This document shows, piece by piece, positions 51,030 to 64,000 of a stretch of DNA of 64,000 bases. Below the pieces are notes generated by a model. The model was not told the DNA's origin. It did no database searches and saw only the letters and a list, made by a program, of their open reading frames with translations. The stretch covers positions 308,486 through 372,485 of the forward strand of contig MNCI01000673.1 of NCBI GenBank assembly GCA_015680685.1, written 5' to 3'. The position numbers were made by a program, and so were the translations under genes. The stretch's first letter is position 1; every line of letters starts with the position of its first letter. This DNA comes from Gnetum montanum (Eukaryota > Plantae > Gnetophyta).

Positions 51030-51991
51030 GGACATGAAACATTTCAAAGAAAAATTCAATTATAGAGAGGAAAACCCTATAATCAAATTTTTTCATGTAA
51101 TTTTGATTAGATTTGGGAGCAAAATAAAATGCCTTAATTTCCCTCCACAAAATCAAATTTGTAGCCCTATTTTATCAAAAATTCCAAAGCATTCTCAATT
51201 TGTAAAGTCTAATTCATGGTATGAGAGATGAAAAATGCTACGAATTATGCTAAAATAGTGTAATTAATGCTCACAATGTCAAAAATGATAGTATTACCAA
51301 TGAAATCTCAAAAACACTATAGTAAAAAAATGTTGTAGTTTTGGACAATAGAAATTGTCAAAAACATTGTGTATTATGCCCAAAAACTTGCTCATGCCAA
51401 GTGCACATGAAAAAAATAAATTGTAGCCTATTTAAGCAATAATTTACTTCATTTTTTGGGGACCCTTGGATCATTCAAATCCTTTAATACTTGAGACTTT
51501 TGGAGTAGAGTAGAAATCTAATAGCTCAAAGCTATTTCCCAACATCGATAATTGAGGATGTCAAGATGCTATTAAAACCTATAGATTAAGCAAGCCAGAT
51601 GTGTTTTGAAAGGACTGTAGGGCACACACCACCTATCCACTTATCAAATCTTTAATAATTATTCAACAAGAATCTACATAATATTTGTAGATCTATAGTC
51701 TATTAGTTTGTATTTTCTCATTAATATTAATATAAAATTTTCACTTTTGGCTATATTTTTACTTTTATTTTTCCTATCATCCCTTGATTTTTAATTTTCT
51801 CATAGATCCAATATTGGATCTATTTTGCACTCATTTTTATCCATTTTTTCTCATTAACTTTCAAGTTCTTAAGTGATCAACAAGACTACCTAATGTACCT
51901 TAGATCCTTTTCAAGGTCCTTGAATCTTATGTTAAAACTATTCTATGAAGATCAATTTGATTTCTAGCATCAAATATTTCTACCACTACTA
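51030..51991 (+). repeat. 5' LTR of Tat-3
   Basis: Direct repeat of 62495-63410, followed by a 5-nt spacer and the PBS. Confidence 0.85.
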
Positions 51992-53854
51992 CTTTCTATC
52001 ACTAGAAGAAGGACCTCTACCTTACGTTCTTCACTCAAACCTAGATAAAACCACTATTTTCCTATTTTAGCCTATGTCCAAAAATTTATAGTAGCATATT
52101 CTATGCAATGTTGTTTTTCAAATAATTTTTAATACCTACATTTTTGAGATTTAGCAACTTTATTTTGGATTTTTTTCTATACTAGCATTTTTTCTTTAGA
52201 TATAACTTCTTTCATGCAGTGAAATTCTATAAATACACTAATCTTAAGCTACCCAAAATTTCAATTTTTTCTTCTATTTTCCTTGGGAAACCTAGCATTA
52301 TCTTGAAAATGTAACTCCAAATATGTTTAAATCAATATAATTTTCATTTACAAAGTTAGTTTTACAATTATAGCTTTTTTCAATGAAAATTTTCTCATTT
52401 TCCATTTATGCTACATTTCATTCATCATTTGTGTTGTTATAGTTTTGAACTATTTCAATGTTTGCATTGCACGTTATTCCACATCTATGATGTATTTTTG
52501 GCATTGTTGCAGTGTTTTCATTGCAAATTATTTCACATTTATGCTGCTACAGTGTGATACACCATACATAACTTTTTATTCATGTAGCCTTGTTACATCC
52601 AGCAAATCCCTTGGTTCCATGCTATTTATGCCTTTTGTATCAACCAACCTTCCATATATCATTGTTGGTATGGCCTTAAACTAGGAATCTACTTGTATCT
52701 AAGATCCCAAAGACTCGACCGTGGTGGAACATAAATAGTCTCTTAAGCATCTTGAACATAATCCAACGTACACTGACATAAATGAAGAATATTAAAACTT
52801 CATTTGTGCCAAAATATAGGTTACTTTACATATCCCAAATAAAGAGTTGGACTCTCTAAGTGCTAATTTGAGCTCATCCATAGAAATAGAAGGGAGCATA
52901 TTCCTTTCCTATATGCCAACATAGAGCTTCCATAGTTCTATACACATATGTTAGTTGAGTTAGTTAATGCTAGTGATAAATTCATGATCAATGATAAGGC
53001 TAGCTTAGAGCAAGATCAAGAAGATTAGAATGAATTCATGACTCATTTTGAGACTGATCCACCTAGAGGAAGTAACTACATTTAACTTCATGTTCCACAT
53101 CTTAATAATAAATTAAGCATATTTTGTGACCTATATGAATCAAACCACTCAACTCACTTCTTTATTTACATCTATGTTTACCTCAACATAAATTGCTATA
53201 GTGCCTTAGCCTCTACCAATCATTTCTTCTATGTCATAACCCTTTAAAGTTTTAGCTAGACCTTTGTTAGGACCTAAATTTCACATGATTCACATAACAT
53301 TGGTAATACCCCTTTCATTTCACATATTCCTATGCAAACATCATTCTCTATGTTCAACTTGCTTATGATGATAGTCACTCAACCCCTCCAGTCTATACCA
53401 TTGCCTATCTCATGTCCAAAAACTATTCAACAATTAGTGCAACCCTTATGAGCACCACAAGGCTTGGATCAAGCTTTCTAGATGATCTAGAACCTTACCA
53501 AGAAGTTGTGAGAGCTCAAAGCTAGTACAACCAAAATGGTTCAAATAATAGATTTCTACTAGGATGATCTCATAAATCTTGCTATTCCCAAATCATATTA
53601 CTCATAGGAATCCCTATTTGAAACTTCATTAAATGCAATGTCAAAGAAGATGCTAACATGTATCTTATTACAATCCATTCTAAGCTCCTCCTATTGCATG
53701 CATGACCTCAAATGATACTACAAATATTACCAATGTTTTTATTAGAAAAGACCTTAGACTAGTACTAAAACTTACCTAGAGGTTTCATCTCTTCCGTTGA
53801 AGGCTAGATAAGACAATTTATTAACCATTTTAGATACAACTTAAAATTAGATAC

Positions 53855-56703
53855 TGTTGGTTTCCATTTGGGACACGACCGCTAACGAGTGTCCTCGAAT
53901 AGGATTTAGGTGCTTGCTGGTCTCTGGCAACACCAAGGCCCAGATACCTCCAAATAGACTCAGTAGTTAATGTGAGTATGTGTGTGTGCTGTTGCAGCGT
54001 GTGGTTGTGTGAAATGAAATGATTGCGTTGTGTGTAAACTACAAATGACTTATTTTAAAGAGATTCAGCCAACTTTGCCAAGTACTATGAGTTGTTGAAA
54101 GTTTCCTATTTTGTTCAACTACCTAGTCTATGTGGTCCTTATAATACCTACTTGTAACAAATAAAATTTTGCAAAAACATTTGAGCACAACTCCGCAATC
54201 TACTCCTAATTTTCCCCAGAGAAAGAGATAGTTCCACAAGAAAACTAGAAATAGAGCAAGATTCGATGGAAATAAGCAGAAAAGAAAAGAAAGCAGATTT
54301 GTGTAGACCTCAAATATTTAAACAAGGTAAAATGACACAAGTAAACACTTCGCAATAAAGCTATCCCAAATTCAATATCTATGAATTGTTCAAACTTCCA
54401 AGGCTCAAATAAGCAATTTCTTCAAGACAATCCTACTATGCTACCAAAAATTTGTTGCGGAAAACTACCACGTATGAGACTCCATTTTGGCTAGATAATA
54501 GATGTCAACGATTGCATCCAACAGAACCTTCAAAAGACTTGATAATTTCTGATTGAAATAATACGGAGATTCACTTTAAAGATAAAAAGAAGCTATTTTG
54601 GTCCTATCAAAATACTAAAGATTTTCTGAACCCTCTTGACTACTGAATTGTTCAACGGAATGACTACAAGCAGAGGTTCTCTTACAACAATCCCAATAGT
54701 AGTTCCTATACGTTGCACAATAACAAAATTTACTACAAAAATGCTCTTAAGGCTTTTAATCACAAGCGCTTCTATAGCAAAATTTTAATAGAAATTTCTA
54801 TTGGGCAACAAGAACAATAAGAGCAATCTAAAAATCCCAAAATTACTTGCCAAGGATGATACTATCTAAACCACTAGCTAAGCAATTTAAACAAAATAAA
54901 AAAAAATACATAAATCACAAGACTATGACAAAGAGGCTAAAATATTTTCTTTAGCAAGCCATCTTACAAGAAATCTTCTTTACAAATCATATTTACAAAA
55001 TGCTCTTCTCCCAAGACTCAGATTGTCTCCAAGTGAGAGCCCAAGTGCTAGCTAGTAGAAAATGAGAACCTTGATGATGATGATTTTTTCTTCTTACCCC
55101 TGAAGCCTTTTTATAGGGTTCCAAGGTAGTTACATATTCAAAAATATCTTACCTAACTTCTCTCCCAAGTAACTTGCCCAATAAGTTAGGAGATTACTTG
55201 CCCACCAAGTTAGGAGGTTACTTGCCCAACAAGTTAGGTAAGCTACAACAATTTTGGGTGGTTGTAACCACCATAGAGATAAAAATGCTGCATCTGACAA
55301 GTGTCCCATTTAGTTGCTAAGTGACCATTGTGGAGACAAAAAGGCTATAGTTGACAAGTGGACTTGGTGGTGGTTATAAACATCATGGGATTAAGGCTAG
55401 GAAGTTATAATTTTCACAAAAAATTACCACTATAGAAAATAAAAGCTATGGTGGCCAAATGGTGTGTTCATATAACTATCCTATGAATTCTTATTAAATA
55501 AAACTATATACATAATGAATATGTTTTGGCAATGACTCTGACAAATATAAGCAATGAATTGGCATCTAAGGCTTCATAGTGCTGGACCTGAATTTCATAC
55601 ACAATTACACTCTTCAAAGGTTTGGCACTACTTAAAAATATGATCTCAACCTTTTCCATGGAAGTTTGGCCCCACTTCTAACCCCAACATAACATGTTGT
55701 TGAAAGCCCCCTTTCTCCTTAATATTTTTTTTCAAACGCATTAGAAGCTACCAAAAAACCATCAGCCACAAACCTTACCACATACGAAATTCAGCCAAAA
55801 GACAAAGGATACATAGAAGTCACATAAGCCACAACATCTTCGATTGCAAATGATTGTCATTGCTGCCTCTTACCAGAAAACCTTGGAGCGTCATTCCTTC
55901 GAATGCAGACTACCGTGGTTTTGAAATTGTCCAGAATGGAGTTCACTTGTTCTTGGTTGATGGATTTCTGTTCTTATTTTTGATGCGGATTGGTCCACAG
56001 TAGAGAAGCGATGATGGCCGAGCAGGTGTTTAATGGCGGTGGCAATGCTGGATCTTAAGCTGAATGTCACGGATGAGGAGCGGATCTCCGCTGCAGATGG
56101 CTTCCAGCCATTCGAGCTAGTTCTGTAGCTTCGGCAGGTTCAGGAAGTAATCGTGTTCCATGATTTTCTCAATCACTACAATGTACATGTCCTCGTCTAG
56201 CAGACTTTGCAAGCTTTTGCGCTTCTTCAATGGCAATGCCTCCAGCAACAATTTGCTCTCGGAATCCATGCCTACAGTGGCCGACGACGATAGCAACGGT
56301 GACGGCGAGGGATCTATGTGCTGCGGTGAATGCCCCGGGGAGGCCAACATCTTATGAGATCAAAGTTAGGGTTTCAATATACCAGGGTTTTTGAAAATTG
56401 CATTTTCTGAAATGCTTTGCTTGTTTCTTCTGGGACTTTGCCTGTTTGCAGAAAGAAGCGGGCACACGGAAAAGTAATGAATCCACCCTTAATTTTCAAA
56501 ACATTCAATTCAACAACATGGGTAGGCATTGCATCCTCTTGAATTTCATTTCTATTCCAACTTCATGGTTAGTTAATTGTTGTAGAATTCTTCATGAGAA
56601 AGAACATAATCCTCCTTGAACAGTTTCAGTTCATTAAGATTCTGTACCTCACCATTTGCAAATAAGTCCACCTGTTCCATGAAATGGCCAGAATGTGCCA
56701 ATA
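53855..56703 (-). mobile_element. 2.85-kb solo-LTR-like insertion in the Tat-3 gag
   Basis: TGTTGG...CCAATA termini and a GATAC duplication at 53850-53854 and 56704-56708. Gag homology resumes exactly across it. Minus-strand CCTATAAAAAGG at ~55106-55117 and a 23-bp repeat array at 55155-55240. Confidence 0.85.
56029..56350 (-). pseudogene. ESS2: Captured 5' fragment of the splicing factor ESS2/DGCR14 (ES2) gene
   Basis: MLASPGHSP...LLDEDMYIVVIEKIMEHDYFLNLPKLQN*LEWLEAICSGDPLLIRDIQLKI matches the plant ES2 N-terminus as I recall it (SPGHSP...VLDED.Y..AIEKIIERD.FPD..KL.DRL.W..A....DP..IRDAQLKI). One in-frame stop, 3' truncated. Confidence 0.88.
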
Positions 56704-59700
56704 GATACAACATTGGATTGAATCATTAAAGTGAGGCTAGGGTCACTTGAATTAGTTCAAAAGTATATTCAAAGATGGATTGCATTCCTTAACAAGATTC
56801 TAGAGCTCATCTCTAAGATCCACATTTTGGACATTTTCAAGGGGATGGTCAATGACTTTATCAAATTAAAACTATATTAGTTAATACCTTGATCACTTTT
56901 TCAATAGTTTTTACAAATTAAAAACATTGAGAAGGCTATCAAGACTAGAAATAATTTGGCCTATGTAGCCTATAAAAATTAACACATGAAGAGGAATAGG
57001 AATAAGACTAAGCTAGTACAAGAAACTATAGCTACCATAGCAAAAGACGCTAACTAAATGAATGGGTAAAGGACACCATAATACAACACATATTCTACCC
57101 CATTGCAACCTTATATCTCTTATGCCTCTAGCCAAAAGTAATCAAATTTTAAGCGCAAGGACATGTCTAAGTATGTAAGTTACCTATGAAGCCTTCTGAG
57201 CTTCTAGAATAGTTTCTTAAAGATAACCATCTTTAACATAAGTAACTATATAAATAAGCTCATAGTAGACACAATAATATTTTTGGGATTGCTAGAGACC
57301 TAATGTTAGTAAACAAAAATAATATGCAACTATCAAATTACTTAAATCTTGATATATTTTATCACTATTACCAACTGGTTGGTCATGATGCTGATTTTTG
57401 CTTAGCCCTTAAAGATGATCTCTAGAGGATGATTGATCATGAAGAGTTGGTGTCAAATGAATCCAATCCTCAAAATTCCAATAATGTTCCTAATATCATA
57501 GCCTCATTCATAGCATCCCATTGGTCTAGTCCTCCTAGATAATCATTTGTCATCAAGGTATCACCTTAACCTAAAAACCTAAAGCCTAGAATACCCCTTG
57601 TGATATGAGTACCACCATCTTTGATCCCTAGAGAGCCTTTTGTTATATATGTTTTATATTTAGTTGCAACAACATCACATCCAAAATAATGTGTATCAAT
57701 CCCTCTAAAGCTAGAGAACTATTTGTTATTAGGGTTCCTTAGCCATTCATAAGTAAGGAATTATAACTCAACAAATAGTGACCAATGCTCATCCATTGTG
57801 GTTAATAACTCAACACAATCACCATAAATTAGTAAGAAATTGTAGTCCCAATATAAATGAAAATAACCTATCATTAGGCCACATATGAAGCAAGTTGATC
57901 CACCAAAACCTACACCAAGATTAGCCTCACCCATGAACACCATTTCCCAAACTCCATCAACCAATCAACCAAGAGAGAATCACAAACTAGATATGAGCAT
58001 GGGGTCCAAGAAATACACATTTATACATGAGCTTAAAATTCTAGGAAGAATGGTGGAAATTAATACTACCAAGGTAGAAAAATAACATGCCAATAAAAAT
58101 AATTTCCTTTGGACAATGAAATAAGTCAAATGGTTCCTAAAAGAAATAAATGCATCATTAATCCTATATGACCTTGTCATGAAGTTGCCTACTCATAGAG
58201 ACGTACTAGTTCAAATGTTGAACACTATTCTTATGAGTAGAGACATGCTTGCTAATAAAGAATTCATTCATTTTGTTATTGAGAAAAAGTTTCATAGAAA
58301 AGAAAAACATCAAACCATGCTTAGCTTTAGTAATAGTGAAGTAAAGATTGATTGATAAAGTGGAGAGTGATATATTCTCCTCTCCTCATTACTATATGAG
58401 TTTACAAGTATAAGGTTCATCATGTTCATGTGGATGATGGAACAATAATCAACATAATACCATTTACCATCATTAAGCAATTAGGCCTAATTGAAAACAT
58501 CTAAGAAACCTCTACCTCCATGCTCAAGCCATTCAATGGATCGAGGATAACTATATGAGATTCCATCTTGTTAGAATTTGTAGCCAAAAAATAGTTTCTC
58601 ACATCTGCTAACTTCCTAGTAGTTGATGAAATCCTTGGTTTTAATTTAATCTTGGAAAGATAATGGTTAGCTAAGATTTCAGAAATATTGTCTCCCATAT
58701 GCTAGGAGATTTACTTGCCTTATGAGGATGATAAAATTATGATTGATGAAGATAACATGTTTCTACCATCTATAAAAAATCTCAACATTGAAGAAAGATT
58801 ACAAGTGGAGTATTGAGATAAAACTTTTGATATTGATAATAAAATTGACACCTAAGTTGGAGCTAACAACATCAAATCCAACAACATTATTAAAACATGT
58901 TCCATTTTCCATATTGAATAATAAGAATTGTGAATGTAGAATCATATAAAAGTGGTTTCTTAATTTATTAAATATCAAACAACAAATTCACATCTAACAT
59001 GTTACCCCTTCCTTTATCAACAATCACTTATTTACTTTTATAGCCTTTTATCATGGTTTTCTAGTTATTTTATTTTTATATTATATTTTAAGATCATTCA
59101 ATGTTTATTAAAAGTGTGTAGTATTAATCTACTAGGGCTTTAAAATGGTGAAACAATGACTTTCTAGGGCATAAAACTAGTGAAGAATTAATCCACCATG
59201 TGCTAAAACTAGTGAAGCACTAGCTTGTCAGGGACTAAAACTGGTAAATGTGTTGTCTCCATTTATTTTCCTTATATATACATTATGAATTGTTTACTTA
59301 GTTATATTTTTTACGAAAAATTGGTAGCCAAGCTTGTAAGCATAACCAAGATTACACTTAGACCAAAATTAAAACATTATGAATCAAATTTGAGTTAGTT
59401 TGACATTTTTCCAAATAGTTGATATGAAAACATATAATTTGATATTTTTTCAAAAACTTGACATGAAAAACCAAGGTCAACATTTCATCAGGCAATGACA
59501 TGAGAAACATGGTTTGACATTTTGTAAAACATAGATAGATATTTTCTCAAATAGTTGACATACAAAACATAGAAAAATATTTTGTCAAAAATTTGACATG
59601 AAAAACATGAACATGCATTTTGGTATAGAGTTGACATAAAATAGAATTTACACCAAAACATGTGAAAAAAAAAACAAAAATGTTGAGGCTTGAGGAGTTT

Positions 59701-62494
59701 AAAAATTCTAAGAACATTACCTTCATGAGTAGGATAGTCAAAAATGTTAGGAATACGGAGGAAGTAGGTGAAAAATACTATGGTTTCTTAGTTTTGGAAG
59801 TATATACACTACCCTTTCCTCCCAAAAAAGTCTAGAAATGCTATCTTCCTAGGTAGGGAAGTCAAAAATGCTAATCTTCCAAAGCTAGAGACTACACATG
59901 TTGATCATAGGACCAAATGAAATTCACAACATAGTCATCTGAGGCACTAAGCATCAGAACACAAAAAAGATTGGTAAGAAAAAACTCTAAATCCCTACAT
60001 TTAGGTAGGAAAATGTGTAAACAATGGTCCTAGGAATGAGAAAAATTTTAAAACATCAATAATTGATTAGTAAATATGGTAAACACTACACATCAAGCCA
60101 AAATTAACTAAAACACTGCACATACCAGTGATAAAAAATATTAAATTTGTAAAAAATTAATTGGAAAACCCTAATTTGACATAGATTAACTTAAAAGAAA
60201 CTTGAAAAAATTTTAATCGTGATCTAAAATCCTTCTACTCTACATTCTTTAGTGTCAGAGGTCAAAAAATTTGACCTTGGGTGGGAAAAATCTCATCAAT
60301 GCTATCAATGTGACCGTAGAAAAAACAATGTCCAAAATTTATGAAAAAAATATAAAAACACTACATATGTAATAAGAAAAATAAAAATTCTATATCTTGC
60401 TTAAACATTTTAGCACAAGGATTCTATAAAATCAAATTTACCTAAATACATTGTGGTAATAAATTTTTATCATGCTATCTTGCTCCAAATATGCTATTAG
60501 AAAGAAATTATTAATGAACTTATCCCAAATAAATTGTGACAATGAAATTGATAATTAAATTGACATAATACACTACTTTTAGATGTGAAATTGACTTCCA
60601 TATTTTAAAATGCCACCATTATGCCTTAATACACTAATAGGTGGGCCTCACAACTCCATATTCAAGATACCAAGTGCTAAAAATGTCGAGATAGTGAAAT
60701 TACTAGCCTGTTTAATCCCAATACATGGTATAATTAAGATTTATAGTCCACATGCTATCCCTATTACCTAAAAATGCTAACCCAGTGAAGTAAGCTAGCT
60801 ACACATTGCTATACTAGGTCAAACATGTTGACAATAGGTAACATTTGGTCATCTTCCCTTATTTTAACATAAAAATATCATTATTTCATGTACTTATAGC
60901 ATTATTATCAAATTATTACCTTTTTTTGACTAAAGAATACTCAAAAGAAAAATGTAATATCATTTATTTCCTTGTTTTACCTTATTTTAACCTTGTTTGA
61001 CAAGTACATCATGCAAATGTTATTTAATGTGTCTTTGTTGACATGCAAGATTAAGCTATGAAGATGTGGGACCAATTTGATTTGCTTTTGCACCTACGTA
61101 GGCCCTTTGAGTGATGTTAATCAATAAATTGATCTTGAATACTTAAATATTAAGCCTAGAAGCCTTTGGACCATATAGCCTTAATACCTTAAAATGGCCT
61201 AGTCGCTCTTGACCTAGAGGCCAAAAATATCATAGAGAAGTATCTAGTGAAAGTCCACATTTCAATCCATAATGGTGAGGAGAAAACATTGAAGCTATGT
61301 TTTTCACTAGAATCCTAGCTTTTCTTAAGACAATCACCAAGTTCTTATAAGAACATCTTTGACTCAATCCATGCTTAGCTCAACCATTATTACCTTAAAC
61401 TGTATTATATCTAGAATTGAGATATTTGCTCTTAGTCTTTGTTTGGCTTGTTTACAGATATAAGTACATACCAAGACTTGATGGATCTTGTATTCTATAA
61501 TAAGCAAGCATGCATGATCTTCTATCTCTCTTAGCACTTCAAAACATTGCAAATTTTATACAATTCTATAAAGTAAGATAGAAATTTCTCAAGTTCTTTA
61601 GATTATATCTCATGATGTATAATGTTTTCTTATTATCTCATGTTATCTCTTATAAGCTCATGTTTCTTTGATCTTCTTTCTTATTATGTTTGATTTGTAT
61701 TTGTAGCATAAGCCTAGAGTCATTGCAGAGGTGTGACTCATTGCATTAGTTAATTATCATGCAATCTCAACATATGAGATTTAGTTAGCTCATTTAAACA
61801 TGTCAACAATGCTTGCATCATATCATTCTCATTGCCCCTTCATAGTTATAATGATGTAACCTTTTCAGCCTTAGTTTGCTAATTATGGAAACATATGTTT
61901 GAAATTCTTGTATCATGGTCATGTGACATCCTCTAATACATGCTTCATTAATTAGTTTGCTAAATTTCCAAACTTTTCATTCAATAAGAAAATAAAAGTT
62001 CAACTTTGTCATCAAAACCCAAAGAAGGTTTCACTCCAAAACAAAAGAAGGGAAAAATTGCTAAGAAACGCCAAGAGGGTAAATTAGCCTAAAAGGTAAC
62101 CAATGGTTCAAAAAAATGAATGAGCCAACTGGAAAAAGAAGGCTATAACAAAACACTGGTTTCTCTATATATCATCAATAACTAGTAGTTCAAGCATGAA
62201 GCATGAAGAGCTTATCATAAAATGAGCACATCACTATGCCATGACCATGATGTCAAAGCATTTGGAATTTTCCACTAGCCTATTTAATCATTTCCAAATA
62301 TCCAAAATACCTTATTCCATATTATCATCATTCCATCTTAACCTTACTTCACCATCATGAGTACTTCTAATCATGATTCAAAACTACAAAATTAAGTATG
62401 AAGAGAGAAGTGCTGGTGATGAATCTGCATTGATGTTTCACATTATTTGTGGATGTCTTTTAGGAAAAACCTTAAAACATCAAGAAAGAGAAGT

Positions 62495-63410
62495 TAAAGA
62501 AACACCTCTAAGAAAATATTCATTATAGATAGGGAAATGTTACAAGCAAATTTTTCATGAATTTCTGATTGGGTTCAAGGGAAAAAACAAATGCTTCAAT
62601 GTCTCATTAAAAATTGAATCTTGTAGTCATATTCCATTCAAAATAATAGAGCATTCTTACTTTGTAAAGTGTAATTCATGGTATGGGACATGAAAAACAT
62701 CATGAATTATGCTAAAATAGGATAATTAATGCTCACAATTTCAAAAACACTAGTATTCCTAGTGGAAGGCTCAAAAACACTATCATGAAAAATGTTGTAG
62801 TTTTGGACCATAAAAAGGTTAAAAAACATTGTGTAATATGTCTAGAAACTTGTCCAAGCCAAGTGAACATGGAAATATCAAACCATAGTCTATTTGAACA
62901 TGAAAACAACAAATCATAGTCTATTTAAGCAAGAATCGAGTTCATTTTTTGGGGAGTTTTGGATCATTCAAACTCCTCAAAACTTGAGACTTTTGGAGTA
63001 GAGTAGATTTCTAAGAGTCCAAAGTCATTTCCTAGAACTAGTCATTGAAAACATTGAGAGTCTTTTATAACCTATAGATCAAGTAAGCTAGAGACGTTTT
63101 GAAAGATTTGTGGGATATACACTACCCATCCATGCATCATATTTTTAATAGTTATTTAACAAAAATATATATAACATTTATAGATCTGTACTCTCTTACT
63201 TTGTATTTTCTCATTTATATTAATATAAACTTTATTATCATCTCTTGATTTTCTCATAGATCTAGCATTAGAGCTATTGTACACTATTTTTTGGTTCATT
63301 TTTTCTCATTTATCTTGGTAACAAACTGTCAAGTGCTTAGATGATTGACAAGACTACCTAAGGTACCTCAAATCCTTTTCAAGGCCCATGGATCTTAACG
63401 TAAAACTATT
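62495..63410 (+). repeat. 3' LTR of Tat-3 (ends eroded)
   Basis: Collinear with 51030-51950, for example ttgtaaagt.taattcatggtatg and cttgagacttttggagtagagtaga. Confidence 0.85.
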
Positions 63411-64000
63411 CAATGTAGTTTTATCCTTTTACTGCTAGCCTTTAAACCAAATGTGTTATTGTGAGGATATTTACAATAAATTTTACCTTTTGGTGTTGCT
63501 AGTAGTGATGGTGATAGAATGCCAATTTAGATATTCTTAGATGAGGTTGTTGATAGGGTGTGCTAATTGAACTTTCATTTAAAGAAACTTCTAATTTGTC
63601 ATCATCCTCTAGTAGTACAAGCCATTTCAAAAAATAGTTTTGCTATAATAAGAAAATTATGGATTTTGAATTTAAAATTTAAATAGAAAATAATATCATA
63701 TATTTTAAATTGCATACATTGTGCATGGTTTTTCTACCTCATAACGAATTTTGAAAACATAAAATTCAAACTTAACAAGAAATTAATACAATCATAAAAT
63801 AACTTATCTTTTACATTATTATAGAAAAGCCCATGATCATTTATCTACAAATCATAACTTTAATTATTACTAATGAAATTTAAAATATATATCAACTTAG
63901 AACTCAATTTTTTGGTAGACAAAGATTACTTAATGTGCTAAGCTTTCTTTACAATTTTCATGATTTGTTTGCATATAAAAAGTGAAATTTTATAGTTGAT

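Larger units (their letters stand above)
51030..63410 (+). mobile_element. Third Tat-clade element (Tat-3): paired LTRs, gag, protease, no pol; interrupted by a solo LTR
   Basis: LTR pair 51030-51991 and 62495-63410, degenerate Asn PBS at 51997-52014, gag at 52700-53854 plus 56709-57450, and protease HVHVDDGTIINIIPF at ~58420-58465. Confidence 0.85.

Noticed and set aside
56029-56350. Functional host ESS2 gene
   Set aside because: It has an in-frame stop, only about 100 codons are present, and it is embedded in a TSD-flanked insertion.
53848-56708. 7-bp TSD (TAGATAC) implying a DNA transposon or LINE
   Set aside because: TGTTGG/CCAA(C>T)A termini with a 5-bp TSD fit an LTR better. There are no long TIRs or poly(A) tail.

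Overview
This is eukaryotic (land-plant-like), gene-free heterochromatin made almost entirely of nested and decayed LTR retrotransposons. I see no intact host gene, RNA gene or CRISPR array. The window holds: (1) three related Ty3/gypsy Tat-clade elements primed by tRNA-Asn (1-12615 minus and youngest, ~25352-34555 minus, ~51030-63410 plus); (2) several Athila-type gypsy remnants (~12616-19800, ~34555-48009, and a younger 3' fragment at ~44080-46210); (3) a pol-less Sirevirus-like Ty1/copia element (~20200-25351); and (4) a 2.85-kb solo-LTR-like insertion (53855-56703, GATAC target-site duplication) carrying a captured 5' fragment of the splicing-factor gene ESS2/DGCR14. The most unusual structure is in the Tat family. 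The gag-protease ORF terminates, the RT ORF starts about 5.7 kb later, and the gap holds a large multi-exon antisense gene. Its protein sequence and at least one intron position and phase are conserved in a second, highly diverged copy. All homologies were judged by eye, and boundaries marked ~ are approximate.
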